Shown in pieces: positions 62,158-64,000 of a DNA stretch of 64,000 bases; positions within the stretch are counted from its first letter, which is position 1, and the number at the start of each line of letters is the position of its first letter. The stretch is from an uncultured Chloroflexia bacterium (GTDB taxonomy: Bacteria; Chloroflexota; Limnocylindria; Limnocylindrales; CSP1-4). Where the stretch lies: assembly GCA_963724635.1 (NCBI GenBank), contig CAVRVI010000007.1, forward strand, positions 73,790 to 137,789, written 5' to 3'. Under the pieces are notes generated by a model. It had not been told where the DNA came from. It did no database searches and worked only from the letters and a program-made list of their open reading frames with translations. Made by a program: the position numbers and the translations under genes.

Positions 62158-62412
62158 CTACTTGCCGGACGGCAGGATGCCGGCCTGGCGGAACAGTCGG
62201 GCCACGGTGTCGGAGGGCTGGGCGCCCTTCGCGAGCCACGTCTTTGCCTTGTCGGCGTCGACCACGAACTCGACCGGCTCGCTGCGCGGGTTGTAGTGGC
62301 CGAGCGTCTCGAGCGCACGGCCGTCGCGGGCGCTGCGCCCGTCGGCGACGACGACGCGGTACGCCGGCTGCTTGTGCGCGCCGATGCGCGTCAATCGGAT
62401 GCGGACTGCCAT
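62158..62412 (-). CDS. rpsP: 30S ribosomal protein S16
   Basis: MAVRIRL.R.G....[20 protein letters not shown]. Confidence 0.97.
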   Translation of the reverse strand: MAVRIRLTRIGAHKQPAYRVVVADGRSARDGRALETLGHYNPRSEPVEFVVDADKAKTWLAKGAQPSDTVARLFRQAGILPSGK

Positions 62413-62476
62413 GGGTGCTGTGTGCCTCCTCTGGGCTCGGGGGTGCGGGCCGGGTCTGGGGTGCCCGGCAGCCGCG

Positions 62477-64000
62477 CTACTTGACGGTGACGATCACGCT
62501 CTGCGTGTCGAGGTCCGTCCCGACCGCGCTCGCCGCCGCCATGGCGTCGAACGGGGCCAGGAACGGCTTGATGGATTCGTCGTACTCGGCGCGTTCCGCG
62601 GCGCTGGCGGAGGACATCATGCCCTCGATCATTCCCCGGATGGCCGCGATGTCCACGAACGTGACGCCCGTGTGCTCCGCGCCGACCCGGGCGACGAGGT
62701 CGCTGTACCGGGCCTCGTCGGCGAGGGACTGACCCGCCCCGGCGTCCAGCACGCTCTTGACGAAGTCGGGACCGCTGCCGATGACCACGACGTCGTCGGT
62801 GACGGCGTAGCTGAGCTGGATGGTGCCGTCGGGCAGTGGCAAGGTCGAAGGATCGGTCGGCAGGTTGCCACCGCTCATCGCGCCGGCCAGGCCGACGAGA
62901 TCCTGGGCGGAACCAAGGTCGATGATGGTGATGGTCGTGCCGTTGTAGTCCTCGTCCTTGACGGTGATCCCGGCCGTGGCGCCACCGAGCGCCGCGAAGC
63001 TGCGGAGCGTCGTCATGAGCTGGGTCGCGCCGGCCGCATCGGTCGGGATGATCACGAGACCACCCTCGACCGCCGTGCCGTCCTGGTTCACGACCACGCC
63101 GGAATCGCCCATCCAGCCGATGGCGGCATCGACCCCGCCGAGCATGCCCGACGCCTGATCGATGCCGGCGAAGACGTCCTTGAGGTTCGGATCGTCCTTG
63201 TACAGGGCGATCATCTCCTGGAGCGTGGCGCCGTAGTCGTTGCCGGCGGCCAGCGCGATCGTGGACGGCGGCGCCCAGTTCGCGACGCCGTTCGCGTGAT
63301 TGCTGTCCGGCCCCGGGGCCGTGCTGTTGTGGGGCATGACGGCATCCACGGACAGCGCGTCACCTTCGACCCGGAGGCCGGAGGCCACCCAGTCGGGGAC
63401 GAGCGCGAGCATGGACTCGCTGACTTGCGGGGTGCCGGCGGCCTTCTGGGCGAGCGCCATCGCGCTGCTCATCATCGACTGGAGATCGACGTAGACGAAA
63501 CCGATGTGGTCGGCATCGATGGCATCGGAGGCGGTCGTGAACGCCGGGTCGCCCGCGAGACCGTTCGTCCCGTCGGTATCGATCGCGGCCTGCACGGACG
63601 CGAGGTCGCCGGCCACCGCGACCTTGCCGTCGATGATGCCGAAGGCGGCCTTGGCGCCGGGCATGCTCGGCTCGCTGAAGACCGTGAGCTCGACGCCGTC
63701 ATAGGTCTCGGTGGTGCCGGTGGCGCCGGATTCCGTCATGACGCCCTGGAACCAGGTCTCGGCGAGCGCCGCGTCCTTGACCGAGAGCAGCACGAGCGCG
63801 CGGCTATCGGCGGCGGCGGATTCGGGATCGGTGATCGCGGCGGCGTCGGGCAGCGGGCCGACGGCAAAGCCGACCTCACCGTCGAACCACGGCTTGATGT
63901 CGTTGGTGAAGGTCTGCTTGTCGTCCGACGCCTCGGCGACGAGGCGGTCGAGGACTTCGTCGAGCTTGGTGTCGAGCGCGGCCTGGTCGGCGAAGCCCGG
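62477..64000 (-). CDS. DUF3352-like exported protein (partial, 5' end outside window)
   Basis: Long open frame with ETY.GV, PWF.GE and duplicated beta-rich architecture typical of DUF3352. Confidence 0.7.
   Translation of the reverse strand, partial: PGFADQAALDTKLDEVLDRLVAEASDDKQTFTNDIKPWFDGEVGFAVGPLPDAAAITDPESAAADSRALVLLSVKDAALAETWFQGVMTESGATGTTETYDGVELTVFSEPSMPGAKAAFGIIDGKVAVAGDLASVQAAIDTDGTNGLAGDPAFTTASDAIDADHIGFVYVDLQSMMSSAMALAQKAAGTPQVSESMLALVPDWVASGLRVEGDALSVDAVMPHNSTAPGPDSNHANGVANWAPPSTIALAAGNDYGATLQEMIALYKDDPNLKDVFAGIDQASGMLGGVDAAIGWMGDSGVVVNQDGTAVEGGLVIIPTDAAGATQLMTTLRSFAALGGATAGITVKDEDYNGTTITIIDLGSAQDLVGLAGAMSGGNLPTDPSTLPLPDGTIQLSYAVTDDVVVIGSGPDFVKSVLDAGAGQSLADEARYSDLVARVGAEHTGVTFVDIAAIRGMIEGMMSSASAAERAEYDESIKPFLAPFDAMAAASAVGTDLDTQSVIVTVK

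Noticed and set aside
1-64000. CRISPR arrays, tRNA/rRNA genes, transposases, prophage or defence systems
   Set aside because: No spaced direct repeats, tRNA cloverleaf, rRNA signature, integrase/transposase or defence-domain motif was seen by eye.

Overview
This is a high-GC (roughly 70% by eye) bacterial chromosomal segment. The lineage is most consistent with Chloroflexota, probably a Limnocylindria/Ellin6529-like group (inference from short EF-Ts, short IF2, gene order and pervasive leaderless genes). Bases 1-25.9 kb are an accessory stretch of stress, detoxification and metabolic genes (PadR, VOC, F420 PPOX, MBL hydrolase, MOSC, GT1, pentapeptide repeat, HD, AlkD, MFS-cNMP, adenylate cyclase, DRG-like GTPase, CynX, triple rhodanese, GNAT, pirin, ThDP enzyme, YajQ). 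Bases 25.9-64 kb are a minus-strand core cluster: rpsP-khpA-rimM-trmD-rplS-rnhB-yraN / rpsB-tsf-pyrH-frr-uppS-cdsA-dxr-rseP-ispG / nusA-ylxR-infB-rbfA-nrnA-truB-ribF / rpsO-pnp-asd-udg-rnj-ftsK-rodZ-cinA-murC. Many genes, including essential ones, carry single-base frameshifts that look like long-read assembly errors. No tRNA, rRNA, CRISPR array or mobile element was seen. Main findings: (1) a PNPase with an intact DnaQ-like DEDDh exonuclease domain inserted between its RNase PH cores; (2) a multi-stem, pseudoknotted ~130-nt leader RNA upstream of a DUF4287/SRPBCC-like protein with a basic N-terminus; (3) an unannotated Cys-rich leader peptide (MCCCMC...) with a complete attenuator upstream of a sulfurtransferase; (4) a uORF plus hairpin leader before a bacterial DRG-like GTPase with altered G motifs; (5) an unexplained rod-like structured element between rplS and rnhB; (6) a CYP255/GcoA-like P450 paired with a Rieske ferredoxin where proS/rimP normally sit.
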